Positions 1 through 21,304 of a stretch of DNA of 64,000 nt are shown here, one piece after another (the first letter of the stretch is position 1; the number at the start of each line of letters is the position of its first letter). Source of the DNA: Piromyces finnis finn (Eukaryota; Fungi; Neocallimastigomycota); assembly GCA_002104945.1 (NCBI GenBank), contig MCFH01000085.1, positions 94,736 through 158,735 on the forward strand, read 5' to 3'. The notes beneath the pieces were generated by a model. That model was not told the origin of the DNA. It worked only from the letters and a program-made list of their open reading frames with translations, and ran no database searches. The translations under genes and the position numbers were made by a program.

Positions 1-3000
1 AAATACTGAAATGCTAAAATGATATAATGGTATGATATATCCTCCTTTTTTTTTTTTTTTTGCTAAATATAACTTTGTTTTGTAATGAAATTATAAAAGA
101 ATACATCATATTAGCTATACATTATAAAAGAATATATCATATTAGTTATATATTGTTAATTAATTCAAATATTATTCTTTAAAAGGCATTCTATCTATAC
201 TATTTATAGTGAATTAATTTCATTTTATTTATTGATAGAATATAGTATATCTGTATGGGTATATGTATAATATGTATAATAGATGGTGAACTCGGTCACC
301 ACCATCAATATACTATATTAAATATTCACTTTTATTATACCTATCATTATATGAATTTATAAAACCATCCTTCACCTTTATAAAATAAAAAAATGGAATA
401 TATTATAACATTTAATAAAGTATCTTGTTCTTCTACATCTTCTACAATTCAATCCTTTTTTTAACCTGCCTAAACGGAACCAAGATTTTGTATAGTAATT
501 TTATAATATTTTAATTATTTTAATATATATTAATTTTAATTTTATTAAAAATGATTCAATAAAATAATTTTAAAATTTTATTTTTTTAAATTTTTAAAAA
601 TAATTTTAATATTTTAAATTAAACTTTAAATTGTTTAAAATTAAATAATATAATATTAAGATTATATTGTAATATATAGAAAATAAATTCAAATAAATCA
701 TCCTATTTAAAAGAAATATTAAAATTTTTAATTAATGAAGGAGGAAGGATGAAAATAAAAAAAAAAAAAAGGCTGTAAAGAAAGAGGTTTATTTCAAAAA
801 AAAAAAAAAAAAAGTAAATTATAAAATATTTAAAGTAAAAAAATGAATATAAAAAGAATGAATAAAAGTTTAATTTTGATATACAATACCTATAGGTTTG
901 AATAAGAATAGGAAATTTATCTCATAACTATTATTTATCCATGGTCATTTTGATTTTATTTATTATTTAAAAAAAAAAAAAGTATTTTATACACATAATA
1001 AAAATAAATATAATTTAATGAATTTAATGAATAGGATGGTGATAATAATAAAAACTTTTGAATAAATAAAAAATGACTAATAATTATCAATATTCTAAAT
1101 GTTTTTTTTTTTCTAATTTACTCGTGTCCAGTTAAAGGAGGATCATTCACCATGATTTAAACTTTAATTAATCAAAAAAAAAAAAAAAAAAAAGATTCTA
1201 TTTTTAATAAATAAAAAGCTTATGCATTAATGAAAAAATTAAAATATAAAAATACAATAGTAACGTTACTTTTATCATATTAGAAAAAAAAAAAAAGTAT
1301 TACAATGAGTTTTATATAATAATAATAAAAAAGAGATAACTTTTTTTATATATACGTATTTATTGAATATTTAGTGAAGATAATAATAAATACATTTAAT
1401 GAATATCAATAATAAAAGAAAACTTATTAGTAATGGATAAATGAATATGATTTCGTTAAACTGAGATTACTAAAATCATAGTGCAATATAAATAAGAATG
1501 TATTATTACAATAAAGAGTTGTTCTATTGTAATAATACATTCCTATTTATTACAATAAAAAAAAGCTTGCTAAATGATAAAAAAAAATGTATTTTTATAT
1601 TTTAATGAAATGATTAAATAAATAGTAATTCATACTAATAATAATAATAACAAAGTAATGAAAAAACAGCAAGTTTAAAAATACATTTTGTAAATACATT
1701 GTTGTTGTAAGTAAATTCATTTTACGTAAACATTATATAAATTAATGTTTCAAAAATTCTTTTTTCCTAAGAAATACCTTGTTTTTTTAATAACATTCTT
1801 CAATTCTCTTATTATTAGAAATAATTTTCTGTACAAATCTACCACCACAATCCTCCTCCTCCTCCTCCATTACCACACCCACACCAAACAATAATTTATA
1901 ATTTGGGAAAATCTTATTAATAAATTGTTTTTAGGATAATTTTTAATAAATTAAAAGATTGCAAATATATTCATGCTTAATAATCCTTATCAGTAACACA
2001 TATTATCAAATATTATTATATATATTAAATGATATATAATTTAAAAAAGTTTAATTTTCCATCTGATAATGTTCATGTGATAACATTCATGTGATTTAAT
2101 CGGAAATGATCATTTTTTTTAATATAAAAAAATATGAAAAAATACAGAAAAAAAAAAAAGATTAACTAAATAATAAAAAAAACAAAGAAGAGAAAATATA
2201 GAAAAAATATGGCATTTTCATCTTTTTTATATTTAACCTTATGATTATATACTCGTTACAGTTGTTACCTTTTTTATCCTTTAACTATGAAGTTTTATTT
2301 TAATTTTAAGAAATAATAATAAAAAAAAAAGAAATCCTTTTTATACCAATAAAATAAAATGTTTTAGGGACAAAGTAAAATTATGACTCACCTAACTATA
2401 GAAGTTTATTTTTTAAAATTCTTATAAATATATAAAAAAAAAGCTTAATAAACATCACATAATTAAGTGTATTATTGTTTTCAATCATTTTTTTAAAGTA
2501 TTCATCTTTAATTTTTAAAGGAATTTACTGCCATTGTTCTTGTTGCTTTACTTTTCTTCTTTTTTATGTTTAAAAAATGAAAGGTTAGAAAATAAAGATG
2601 AATTATTAATCTAACCCACAAATTTTATTTAATCTTTTTTAATAATTTTTTAGATAAATTAAATTTTTTTTTAAAAAAATAAATACAAAAAAATTAAAAA
2701 AAAAGCAATATTTTATTGAAAATGCTTTTTTAAAGGTAAGTAAAAATGAAAAAAAAAACCTTTTATTGCTATTGAAATTCAGATTCAACATTTTTTAAAT
2801 TCAAATATAAAAAGGTTTATCAGATATTCTTTATTTTTAATTTCTTTTTCTTTGTTATCTTTTTTGTGTCTTTTTCACCTTTTTGAAACATTTTAATTTA
2901 ATAAAAAAAGTGTGTTAACAAAATATTTGTTCGCAATTATAAAAGTGATTATCAAAAATGAGTTAAATTTTGACCAATAAGAATCACTTAAAATATAAAA

Positions 3001-3929
3001 GATCTTTATGAAATTCTGTATAAATTAAAATCATACATTACATTACATAAACACTTGTGTAAATGTAGGACACATTTTTAATAAATTGTTGCTTAGCATA
3101 AATAGCATTAATAGGAAGAAGAAGAGGTGGTAATTGAAAAACTATTTTTCTTTTAAATAAAGGTAAAGATTAAAAGGTTAAAAATTAAGTTGTTTTTTAT
3201 TAATATATGTATATATCTCTTTTTTAATGACTTTCTTTTATAGAAATTATACATAAAACCTTTGAATAAATAAAAAATTATTAGTAATTATTAATGTTCT
3301 TCCAACAGCTTTTTCTTTTTATTTTTTTTTTTTAATTTGCTTGTGCCTAGTTAGAGAATCGTTCACCATGATTTTAAGAAAACGATATTAAAATAATAAT
3401 TAATACTTTTATAATAAAATCTGCATTAAAAATTATTTTGTTTTATCTTTAATTTTTAAAAAAAATAAATATTAATATAAATAGTTTATATTATCATGAG
3501 GTATATAATAGTCCTTACAAAAGATATTTATATATTCATAAGCTATATATAAGTAAATAAATGTATTTCAATAATTCCAAAGTATTTAATTTTCTTTTTT
3601 AAAATAATTAGTATTTTTTTTTGATTTTTAATATATATATAATATTTTTTTGTGAAGATATATAATTGAGTAATTTACTTTTTTTTTTTTTTCTTTTATT
3701 TTTGTTATGGAAATATAAGAATTATGCTTTTGTTGAATTTTTATTTAGTAAATTACTCATTTATATTATTATTATTATTATTATTTATTAATATATATTT
3801 CAAAAAGAGATAAATATTGGAAAGAATGATAATTATAAAATGTTTATACTGGAAGTCTTGATAAAAATATTTAGGGCATAAAAACATTGTATAAAGTATT
3901 TTCTGAAAAATAAATATATATTATATATA

Positions 3930-4267
3930 TACTATTACTATTACTATTACTATTACTATTACTATTACTATTACTATTACTATTACTATTACTATTACTA
4001 TTACTATTACTATTACTATTACTATTACTATTACTATTACTATTACTATTACTATTACTATTACTATTACTATTACTATTACTATTACTATTACTATTAC
4101 TATTACTATTACTATTACTATTACTATTACTATTACTATTACTATTACTATTACTATTACTATTACTATTACTATTACTATTACTATTACTATTACTATT
4201 ACTATTACTATTACTATTACTATTACTATTACTATTACTATTACTATTACTATTACTATTACTATTA
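3930..4267. repeat. (TACTAT)n hexanucleotide microsatellite, about 56 copies
   Basis: Uninterrupted tactat array read directly from the sequence. Confidence 0.97.
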
Positions 4268-5095
4268 TAATAATATATAAAAATATGAAAACTAGTAGAG
4301 TCGAAAATGAAGTAAAGATTTATAATGTAAAACTTTTAAAGAGTTGAAAATGATATAATTTCTTATATTAGAAAATGCTAATGCTAATGAAATGGATAAA
4401 TAAAAGCAATAGCAATTTTATTTTGTTATCGTTGAATATAATTATTTTTTAGAAAAGATTTAGGAATCAAAATTTTTTAATGAATTTTAAAAATACTGAA
4501 TTATTATTATTATTTTTTTCAATCATTAGAATAAATAAAATAAATGAACCATAAATAAACCCCTATATAAAAGAAAAAAAACATATTTATATTTAATGAT
4601 ATATCGATTCATCAATAAGTAATAATTTATTGTTGTTCTTCACTTAATTATTATTATACATTAAAAATAATACTATAAAAAAAATTGATATATATTTATT
4701 AATCCTTTTTTTTTTTATTTACTTATTTATTTAAAATAATAAAGATATTTCTATTTACAAACATTTTGTGTCATACTGTGATAAATCATAATAAATTATA
4801 GATATTATATTGAATACAATATAACTATTAAAAAACTTTTTAATTATATATCATATTAAAAGATAGAATGAAATTTATTATCAATAATTTAAAGTTTAGT
4901 TTGGTTTGACTTGGTTTACTATTAATAATAAAAAAAAGGTATTTTTTTTAATGTGATTTTTTGATAAAATAATGAAAACTAAGATGAATTAATGTTCATT
5001 TTATTTTTTGGGTGATATGTAACAAGTTGACTTGTCATTTATATGAATGTCATTTTTTTTTAAAGATTCTTATTATGTACAAATGGAATATTTCA

Positions 5096-6342
5096 TTATG
5101 TTAATTTATCCATATTATTAAGCTGAAAAAAAGAAATGATAATAATACAGAGAAAAAATATTTGATATATATATATATTAAATAAAAATAAACAGGTCAG
5201 GAATGAATATAAGCAAATAATTATGTTTTATTAATATTTTTAAAAAATTTAAACCATTCTTTAATTACATTTTTATTAGGTTGATTAAAATGAATCGTGG
5301 CCCATGTTGGAAATTCGCGTTCTATTTTCATAATTTTATCTTCTAACACCTTTATTCTTTCATACATTTTTGGTGGTAGTGGAGTCACTTTAAATAGTAA
5401 TAAGATAATAACATAATAATAAAAATTAGAAATATTAATGTCATATTATGTTATAATGGATTGATTTGGAAAAAATAGTTTACAGTATTAAAAAACTATT
5501 ATTTATAATTTTATTTATTATTTATAATTCTTAATGCAATTTATAAAATTATTTATCGGTACTACTACTATAACTATTTTTTTTTTTTTTTTTAATTATA
5601 TAAAATAAACACATTACATTATATTTAATATATTTATATATATTTTACCTATATTTAGGTGCTCTTTTATGTTATTAATTCTTTCTGATAATCCATTATT
5701 GTCAATATTTTGACTATCTTTTGATTTTGATTTACCATTTTTATTATCATTATCATTGTCTGTCACGGAACGATCGAGAGGTCCCACTTCATTTTTAATA
5801 ATATTTAATTTTAGCTGTTGATTTCGATTAATTCTTGCTGGACATGTTCGCGAACACATTTCTTTTTTGTATTTATTTTGGTCGATAAATTCCTTTTTAT
5901 TACTTTCATTATTTTCCGTTTTCTTTTTATGTATATATGTATTTATTTTTGTTTCCATCTACATGAACACATATATATAATAGAATAATTTTAAATTAGC
6001 ATGGATGTCTAATGAATGAATAGAAAAAGAAAATAATAGCATTAAAGAAAAAAGAGGTTTATCTTTTTTTTTTTTTTTTATATAACTTAAAAGTACCTCA
6101 TTTGATTTTTCTTTTAATTATTAAAATAAATTTATATATGTATATGTATAAATAAACAAAATCATTAATTAATAATATAAATATTTGTATTTAAAATAAT
6201 TTATATATAAAAAAGGAATGTTAAAATTTACTTTGCATTTTAGTTTCTTTTTGATCTTCTTTTAACAATAATTTTCGCTTATAAAATTCTTTTGATTTAC
6301 AATGCTTTTTGTTTTATTTTATTTTAGATATAAATTAAAAAA

Positions 6343-6378
<36 letters not shown>

Positions 6379-6955
6379 ATATAAAAAGAAATTTAATATC
6401 ATAACAGAATTTTAAAAGGAAATCTTATTTATATATGCATTTTTAAAGAATCAAAGTTTTTATGTATACCATAATATCCTGTACAAAAATTTTTGTTATT
6501 TCACGTTGTTCTTCGGGCTTTATTGAACTGTAAATGGTATCCATTTCATTTTGTAACATTGTTAAAGAGTTTTCACAACCAAGCTATCGATATTTTATTT
6601 TATAAATATATTGTTTATTTACATTTACATTTTATATTTTATATAAAAACATTATTGAAAAAAACAGTTATTTTTACTATTATTAATTATTATTATTATT
6701 TTTAGGAAAAAAAGAATTTCTAAAGATTTCATTTTAATTTTTAAAAATTAGATTTCATGGAAATTTTATAAATTGTGAAGAAACATTTTCTTATTTTTAA
6801 GACTATATATATAATATTATTTTGTTTTGTTTTCCTCTTTTTTTTTTTCAAAAAATAAAATAAAAATAAATCAAAATCATTTCAATTACCAAACTAAGAT
6901 ATGAATATAATGCCAAGTGAATGGAATTAGTAAAACTGTCTCTTTCATAGGCCAT
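5096..6955 (-). CDS. MBIP: MBIP (MAP3K12-binding inhibitory protein 1)-like protein, 7 predicted exons
   Basis: Phase-consistent GT-AG exons: 6955-6890 (MAYERDSF...), 6583-6470, 6304-6232, 6110-6097 (14-nt microexon), 5958-5649, 5387-5269, 5122-5096 (last exon tentative). Peptides METKINTYIHKKKTENNESNKKEF...CSRT...LKLNIIKNEVGP, GLSERINNIKEHL and PPKMYERIKVLEDKIMKIEREFP resemble, in order, the MBIP blocks recalled as IDRRISAFIERKQAEINENNVREF...CART...VKVSRVVNTYGP, VEERLQNIEAHL and PRDIYQRIKKLEDKILELE. Confidence 0.65.
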
Positions 6956-9900
6956 TTTGAAAATTCTTTTTTTTTTTTTTTTCCTATTATTTATTTTATT
7001 AACCTAATTAAAAAATAAAAATAAATTAAAACTGTCTTTTGTTATTTTCAATTTATTTTTATAAATATATTTATTGATAGTCGTTGGATTATATCTAATA
7101 TATAAATACTTTTTATTCTAATTTTTATTATTATTATTTATTTATTTTTCTTTTTATATATATATATATAAATTAATAATAATAATAATAATAATAAAAA
7201 TTTTAATTAATAGATATTTAAAAAAAAAAATTAATGGAAAAATTCAAATATAGAATTAAAATGGAAATGATTATAGTAGAAAAAAAAAATATAAATATAA
7301 CATTTCTCTAAATAAAAGAAAACCCTTAATAAATAATATTTCACACAAACATACACACAAATATATGAATGCACATTTATTTCTTTAGAAATGCTTTTTC
7401 AATATAATTAATTTCAATAAAATTATTTTTTGAATTTTGGTGCTCAAAAAACTATTATTATTTGTTTTATTTTTACTGTGGATGATGTTCATATAATAAC
7501 CAACCAAAAAGCAATAATACAAATAACCAACATCATCAATAGCAGTAGCAATAATAATCACTATTTAATAATAACTTTATTTTAATTTATTCAAGGATTG
7601 ATATATTTTAATGAATTAAATAGTAATTAATTTTATATTTATGATTAAAGATATTAACTATAATAATAATAATAATTATAGTAGAATAAAGATAAGATTT
7701 TAATTATATATTCGTATATATATAGTATTTATGTTTTAGAATAATACAATTACAAAAATACAACACAATTGTTTGTATTTCTTTTATTATTTTATTAGGC
7801 GGAAAAACTCTTTTGATATTAAAAAAAAAAAAAGTTTTAAGATTTAATATATGTATTTTTAATTTATTAAGGATATATTAATTTTTTTTAAAATTTCTTT
7901 TCTAAAACAAAATGTAATGTAATCCATTCTCTTACCTTAACATAAGCTTTTGAATAAAGAAAGAATGCTATGAATGGGATCGTGCTTGAGATAATTGGAA
8001 TAAAAATCAAAATTAAAAATTATATCATTCTTTATTAAAAACATACATAAATTTCTTTTCTTTTTTTTTTTTTTAAAAAAAAACAAAGAATGAATATAAT
8101 ACTAATAAGATATATTTTATCCAATTAAAATTATAAGATATGAATTCTTTTATTATCATTAGAGGTTGCCTTTTTTTTTTTATATATTTATAATAACCTT
8201 TTTAGTATTAGGAAAATAGATTAAAACATTAACTCTTATTAATCATTATATAGTTTATATTTTACCATATATATTTTAATGGTACTAATTTGTATAAATT
8301 AAACCTATTTTTAATTATATATTAAAAACTTTATAATATATATTTTTTTTATTTAAACTTTTACTGGTCTATAACTAATAAAGAGTAATAAAACTACTCT
8401 TTATCAAAAATTTTCATTTTAAAATGTAATTTAATTTGATATATTTAACTTTTTTATATTATTTGAATCGTTGTATATATAATGTCATATATATTTTGAA
8501 TAAAATAAATTATCTTTCTCTCTATACAAAGTAACTATTTATTACATTTTTTAAATATGTATTTGATTTATTACAATTTTAAATGTACCTTTTAAAATTA
8601 TACTTTAATTTATAAAATATAAATATTATAACATAATTAAAGTGATTAATTTAGGTAAGAGGAATAGATTATAAAATGATATATTTATATAAAACAGATT
8701 ATCCTATTATAGCATTAATATTAAGAAATAATTATTTGTTATTATATTTCTTCATAATATCAGAATTAAAAAAATGATCATTTCAAAAGTAAACAAATAA
8801 TTATATTAAAATGAAAACAATTTTTTTTTAAAAGAATATACATTTTATTGAATGTATATTTCAAATTTCTCATTTATAAATTATAATATGAACTTTTAAT
8901 ATATTGTAATATATTTTAAATAAAAGAAAAATGGTGAAAATAGTTGATTTATTAATTTCATCAAAAACTTAATCAGTTTTATTAGTTGAATATATATGTG
9001 CATATTTTATTTTTAATATTAGCTCTATTAAATATAACATTTTTTTATTTAAAAAAAAAAAATACAATAATATGATATATGAAATTTAGTATTTTAAGTA
9101 ATTTGGTTTAATTATTAGTTAATTTTTAAAGGTATAAAAAGCTTTATGCTAATATTAAAAATAAAAATAGACACTTTAATATTATATACCTTTTTATTAT
9201 TACATTAATATTATTATTACAATCACTATAATAAATGATTTCTTTATTTTATAAACTTTTTTTTTTTTTAAATTAATTAAATGATTAATGTTGAGTTTCT
9301 TTTAATTGATTTATATATTTTGTGAAATTACAATTATATTTTATATTATTGATAGTCCATTTACATAAATATATTCATATATTATAAAAGGTAAAAAAGT
9401 CCAGAGTAATAAAATGAGTATATAAAAGTTTAATAAAAGATAATTTTATTTAATAGTATTTCTAATTATCAATCTAATTTTATTTAATAGTATTATTAAA
9501 TGTATTCCTTTTTTTTTTATGATAAATAAAATAATTTATTTTTTTAGTAAAAAATGAATAAATAAATGATTACCAATTTTTTTTTTCATTAAACTTTATT
9601 TTTCATTCATTTTTCAATTTTTCCTTATAATATAGGTTAATAAAAAAAAGAAAATATATATTGAATAAAGAAAGGTAATGTAAATTATATGGATTTTAAA
9701 TATTCATATTTTAATGATAAAACACAACTAATGATTGTAACAAAAAAAAAATAATTATAATAAAGTATTACAATAGTATAAATAAGATTAAAATGCTGTA
9801 TAAACACATAAACACATAAATAATGTTAATATTTTAAAAAAATGTCTATAAAATTATTATATTTTTATTATCATTTTCTAAATTTAAAATATTTGTCAAT

Positions 9901-12145
9901 TATTCATTTTTTTTTATGTTTCTTTTAATGTAAAAATAATAGGAAATACACCTCGCATTAACAGTTCTATTTTATTGCGCAGTTAAGGTTAATTATATAA
10001 AATTAATAACAATTTTACTTTTTAAACTTTTTAAAAAATTAATTTATGAATAAATCTTTTTTATTATCAATTTCATTTATATTAAAAATGGTCCAAAATA
10101 ATTCTTGTTGGTAAGCACAAAAATTTATTATAAAATATTAATATAATAATGGAAAAAAAAAAAAAAAAAAGAATTTTAAACCAAATAGAGGCTTCCTTTT
10201 CAAAAAACAACGATATATTATTATTATTATAATCATCATCATCATCATCATCCTGTTTATTTAACAAATATAAAATAATATAAAATATAAGTTATAAAAT
10301 TTAAAAAAGGGGAAATTTATAAAAATAAAAGTTTGTTTTAAAATAGGAGAAAGATACAAAAAATTAAAAAAGGATTTAATAATTAATGTAATTATTATTG
10401 TCTTCATTATCCTTGTTAGCATTGTTGCTAATTCTTTTTAATGAGCCTTTTTTTTTTTTTAATTAAGTAAAAGTCAAAATTTATTATTTATATTTTATCT
10501 AGAAAACTGTCTTTCCCTTTCCTTTCTATTACTATTTATTTCTTAATAATTACCATTAGTAGTTAAAACCTTTCCCTTCTTTTTTGATCATTTTTATAAA
10601 GAATATTTTTTAATAAAAACCATTATTATTATCGTTACTTTTGTCTGCTGTTGTTCTATTCTATTTTAATTTATTTTTTATTTTTTTGAAGCTTTATATT
10701 AATTAGTTTTATTAATGTATATATAAAAAAGAAAAGTTTAGTTATATTATTATCTAATTTCTTTTATTTTTTTTTTGTTAATTGTTTTAGGCTATTATTA
10801 TTATTATTATTTTTTTTTTTTTTTTTTTTTTTGACTTTCTTAATTAATGCAAATGCATGTATAAAGTACAAATTATGAATGGTATAGAATGTGTTATTTT
10901 TTTTTTTTTTTTTGTATTATTTTTTGAGTTTAATATCTCACGGAAAAAGAAAAAAAAGGTTTAATTAAAAAGTTTAATTATTTGAAATGAATTAAAAAAT
11001 ATATATAAAATACTTATATATTATATATATATGAAATACAAAACCATTCAGCATATATTTTGTTCATTTTAGGTTTTAGTTATCAGCTATTATTATATTA
11101 TCAAACAACGTCATCATCTTTATTGTTATTATTTTAGATTTTAATTTTTTTTTTTTAAACTTTTTCATTAAAGATGTATATATATATATATATTTTTTTT
11201 TTTATTAATTGAAATACAATAAAATACATAATTGAAGAGTTGTAGTTTTATCTATATTTTTTTCATTTTAATAATGTAAAAGGGGACTTTGACTATATAA
11301 ATAAAAATTTTTTCCCAAAAAAATATTTTTTTTTTTCTTTGCTCAATTTGTTTCTTTTAATATTTATAAAAAAATTAATAATAAAAATTCAATTATATAA
11401 ATAAATTTATCAATGTCACTATCAGTAAAATAATAATAATAATAATTGTAATGAGTAGTCATTATAGAGATATATAAAGTTATATAATTAAATTAAAAAA
11501 AAATATAATTAATATAATTAATTACCAATATATATTTTTTTTTAATAATTATATAACTTTCAACATTATAAACATTAATAATAATATCATTAAATAATAT
11601 ATTTCAATTTTTTTTTTTTTTTAAAGTGGTATATATTAGATATTTTTTATGAATATAAATATAAAATTTTAGTAATTTATTTCAAAATCTCAATAAATCA
11701 ATAATTTTAAACTAGAAGAAATTATTTGTAGTAGAATTTATATATTTTTGTTCTAAATTTTTTATATCATTTTTATTCCAATAAAATAATTTAGTTAAAG
11801 ATATATTATTATTTTCATTTAGTTTAATGAATAAACATATACATATATAAGACGATCTATTAATTATTTTATTATTATTAATATAGTAAGAAACTATTTT
11901 TTTCCCTCCTATTATATATATTTTTCTTAACTATCTTTAAAAAATAATTTAAATTATTAATAATAATATAAAAGTTATATTATATATTTATAAGTAATAA
12001 GCAATCACAAGAAAAAAAAATATATATATATATATTTTCTTTTTCTTCCATTGTGTATTAGTTTAAGTATAATATTGGTATAATATAACTTTTTATTTTT
12101 AAATAATAAATTAGAATTATAGACAAAAAAAAATAAAAATTAATA

Positions 12146-13301
12146 ATGGTTTTCAAGGTATTTTGTGATATCAATGTCTCTCACATAACAAGTGAAGATT
12201 TAAATAAAAATGAAAATATATGTTATGATATCATACCAAAATATGATGATAATAAAGAAAATTGGGATCCTAATGAATCTAAAAAAAATAGTGCTATCTC
12301 TTCTTCATTAACCTCTCCAATACCTTCAAAGAATGAACAAAAAATTAATGAATTAAAGTCTGAAAATAGAATAGAAAATATTGAAAATTGTTCAAAGGAA
12401 GATAGTGTAAAAAAAGATACTCCAAATGAAGATGTTTCACCAAAACAAGATAGTAAAAATGAAAATTTATTAAACAAAGAATCCGCATATACTGAAAATA
12501 TAAAGAATGAAAAAGTAAAAAATGAAAATCTAAAAGCTTCAACTACCACTGAATTAAAGGAAGAAAAAGGAAATTCTGAAAATTTAAAAGATAATAGTAA
12601 AATAGTTGAAAAGAAGGAAATTCAGCAATCGTACAAAAGACAAAGAGCACCACTTGAAGATATAACCTATATGTTTGTAAAAGAAAAACCAAAAATATTG
12701 TCAAAACGTATAAAAATAGTAAAAGTAATTATTAATCTCAATAAACTTTAATTGCAATTCAAATTTTAATATTTTATCTAATCTTTTTTTTTTATTATTA
12801 AAAAAAAGAATGAACAAGAAAAATCTTCAATATCTTTAAAGGCTATAAAAACTGAAGAATTATCTGTAAGTATTATTATCAATCTATTTTAATTGTACCT
12901 AAAAATTAATTCCAATCTATAATACATACTGTTATTATTTATACTAAAATATAATTTATTATTATTATCCTTTGAAATTGTTAAAATTATAGTCTAAAAA
13001 GGAAGATAAAGAATTAAATAAATGTTCTAAAATTTCATCAGAAAACTTAAAAGAAAATAAACAACCAATACGTAAAACTCCATTGGGAAATGTTCATAAT
13101 CGTTCTAACATTAATATTTTTAACAATAACCTTAGTATAAAGAATAATGATGATACAAAAAAAGATATACCCAAACCATTTTTTATTGATGTTAAAAAGA
13201 GTAAAACATTTAGAAAAACACTTATACCAAAAAAATCTTTAAAAGCAAAACCAAATCCATTTAATTCATTTAATAACGTATCTGCTAGGATGCTTCGTTA
13301 A
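12146..13301 (+). CDS. Orphan low-complexity protein (~314 aa, 3 exons) with ABBA, two KEN boxes, D-box(es) and a C-terminal LR tail; candidate APC/C regulator
   Basis: Exons 12146-12724 (or 12718), 12809-12865 and 12993-13301 join in phase 0 with GT-AG ends. Motifs: FKVFCD, DNKENWDP, RAPLEDIT, KENKQP followed by IRKTPLGNVHN, and C-terminal SARMLR*. Confidence 0.75.
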
Positions 13302-14734
13302 ATTCAATATACCATTTCCAAAAAAAAAAAAAAAAAATACAATTATCAATTCGTATTTTTTTTTTTTTTCCCCCATGTATAATAGTTTTTTATTTATTTT
13401 ATTTTATTGATGTTACAACAACGTACGATTTTACAAAAACAAACAAACAAAAAGTATTATTATTGTATATATATATTGTTACATTATGAGTGTATTATTA
13501 ATAATGAACTCTACCTTTTAAAATTTATAAATTTTTATATTTATAATATACTTCATTATTAAATAAAATACATCTTAAATTCATCATATAACAATATATA
13601 CCATATAATAATTTTTTTTTATTTTTAATAACGTTCTTAAATATATACTATTTAGTATATTTCTATTAGTATTATTATTTTTTAAAATTCAAATTGCAAG
13701 TAATCTATTATATATACAAAAAAAAAAAAAAAAACATGTTAAATATTTCAACTTCATTTTACATAATAACCATATAATATAAATTCTAATTTAAAACGTC
13801 AAATAACCTCATCATAAATATTCATAATACTAATTATATAACAATAACTATTATTTATAATTAGTTATTTATTATAGTAATATTGGTATTTCTCATTTTT
13901 AACACAAAATATAAATAAAAAAATAAAATAAAATAAAATTGAAGACATTTAAAATTAAAAAATTGTGGTGGTGTGTAGTGCACACAAATCTTTAAAATTT
14001 TATTCATTTTGCCCATTTCGTTCCAAAATTTTAATTTATTTATTTTTTTTTTTAATCTTGAATTTTTTTTTTTTTTTTAATTTTTATATTGTTTATAGAG
14101 CAAAAGTTGAATTAAAAGTTTTTAATATATTTTTTCTAAAAAAAAAAAAGTGAATTGATTTCTATTCTTTTATAAAATAAAGATATTTATGTATGTATGT
14201 GTTGCTTTATAATAATAATAATAATAATAATAAAAATAATAATAATAAAAAACAAATATAAAATTATATAAATTGATAATTCATTCATCCAATATAGAAC
14301 TATTATTAATAATATATATAATTTACTTTTAGTAATAATATTATATAATAATCCAGGAAATATAGTTCAATTTTTTAATAAAAAGATCAAATTGTATTTT
14401 ATATTCAATACAAAATTTTCATTTTTCATTTTTTTTATAAATATTTTAAGCTATTATCAATCAAACTTGAAACAATTAAATTTTCAAATCAAAAATGAAA
14501 TCTATTAATCTTTAATAATTAAACCATTTTAATATTGTTATGCTTGAATCACAGTCATAATTTTTTTTTTTTTTTTTTAATCTTTTCTTTAAACATATAT
14601 ATACATTTTCTTTCTATAAGAAAATTCAAAAATAAAAAAATAATACAGTATACACAGTATACATTTGATAATAACAAAATTAATTTAAACAACGACAATA
14701 ACAACAAATAAAAGTAAAACTAATATTAAAAAAA

Positions 14735-21304
<6,570 letters not shown>

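Noticed and set aside
363-372. AACCATCCTT matching the 5' start of U4atac snRNA
   Set aside because: The match is only 10 nt with no continuing similarity or structure.
250-500. GC-richer patches with short peptide-like frames at the window start
   Set aside because: Every frame is interrupted by stops, and no consistent splice model or recognisable family was found.
7440-8040. Possible minus-strand hydrophobic exons (LIFIPIISSTIPFIAFFLYSKAYVK with a GTAAGA donor)
   Set aside because: There is an in-frame stop just upstream and no phase-consistent downstream exon.
9900-10660. ORF 10082-10267 and nearby coding-like fragments
   Set aside because: They are low complexity, cross homopolymer runs, and give no consistent frame or homology.
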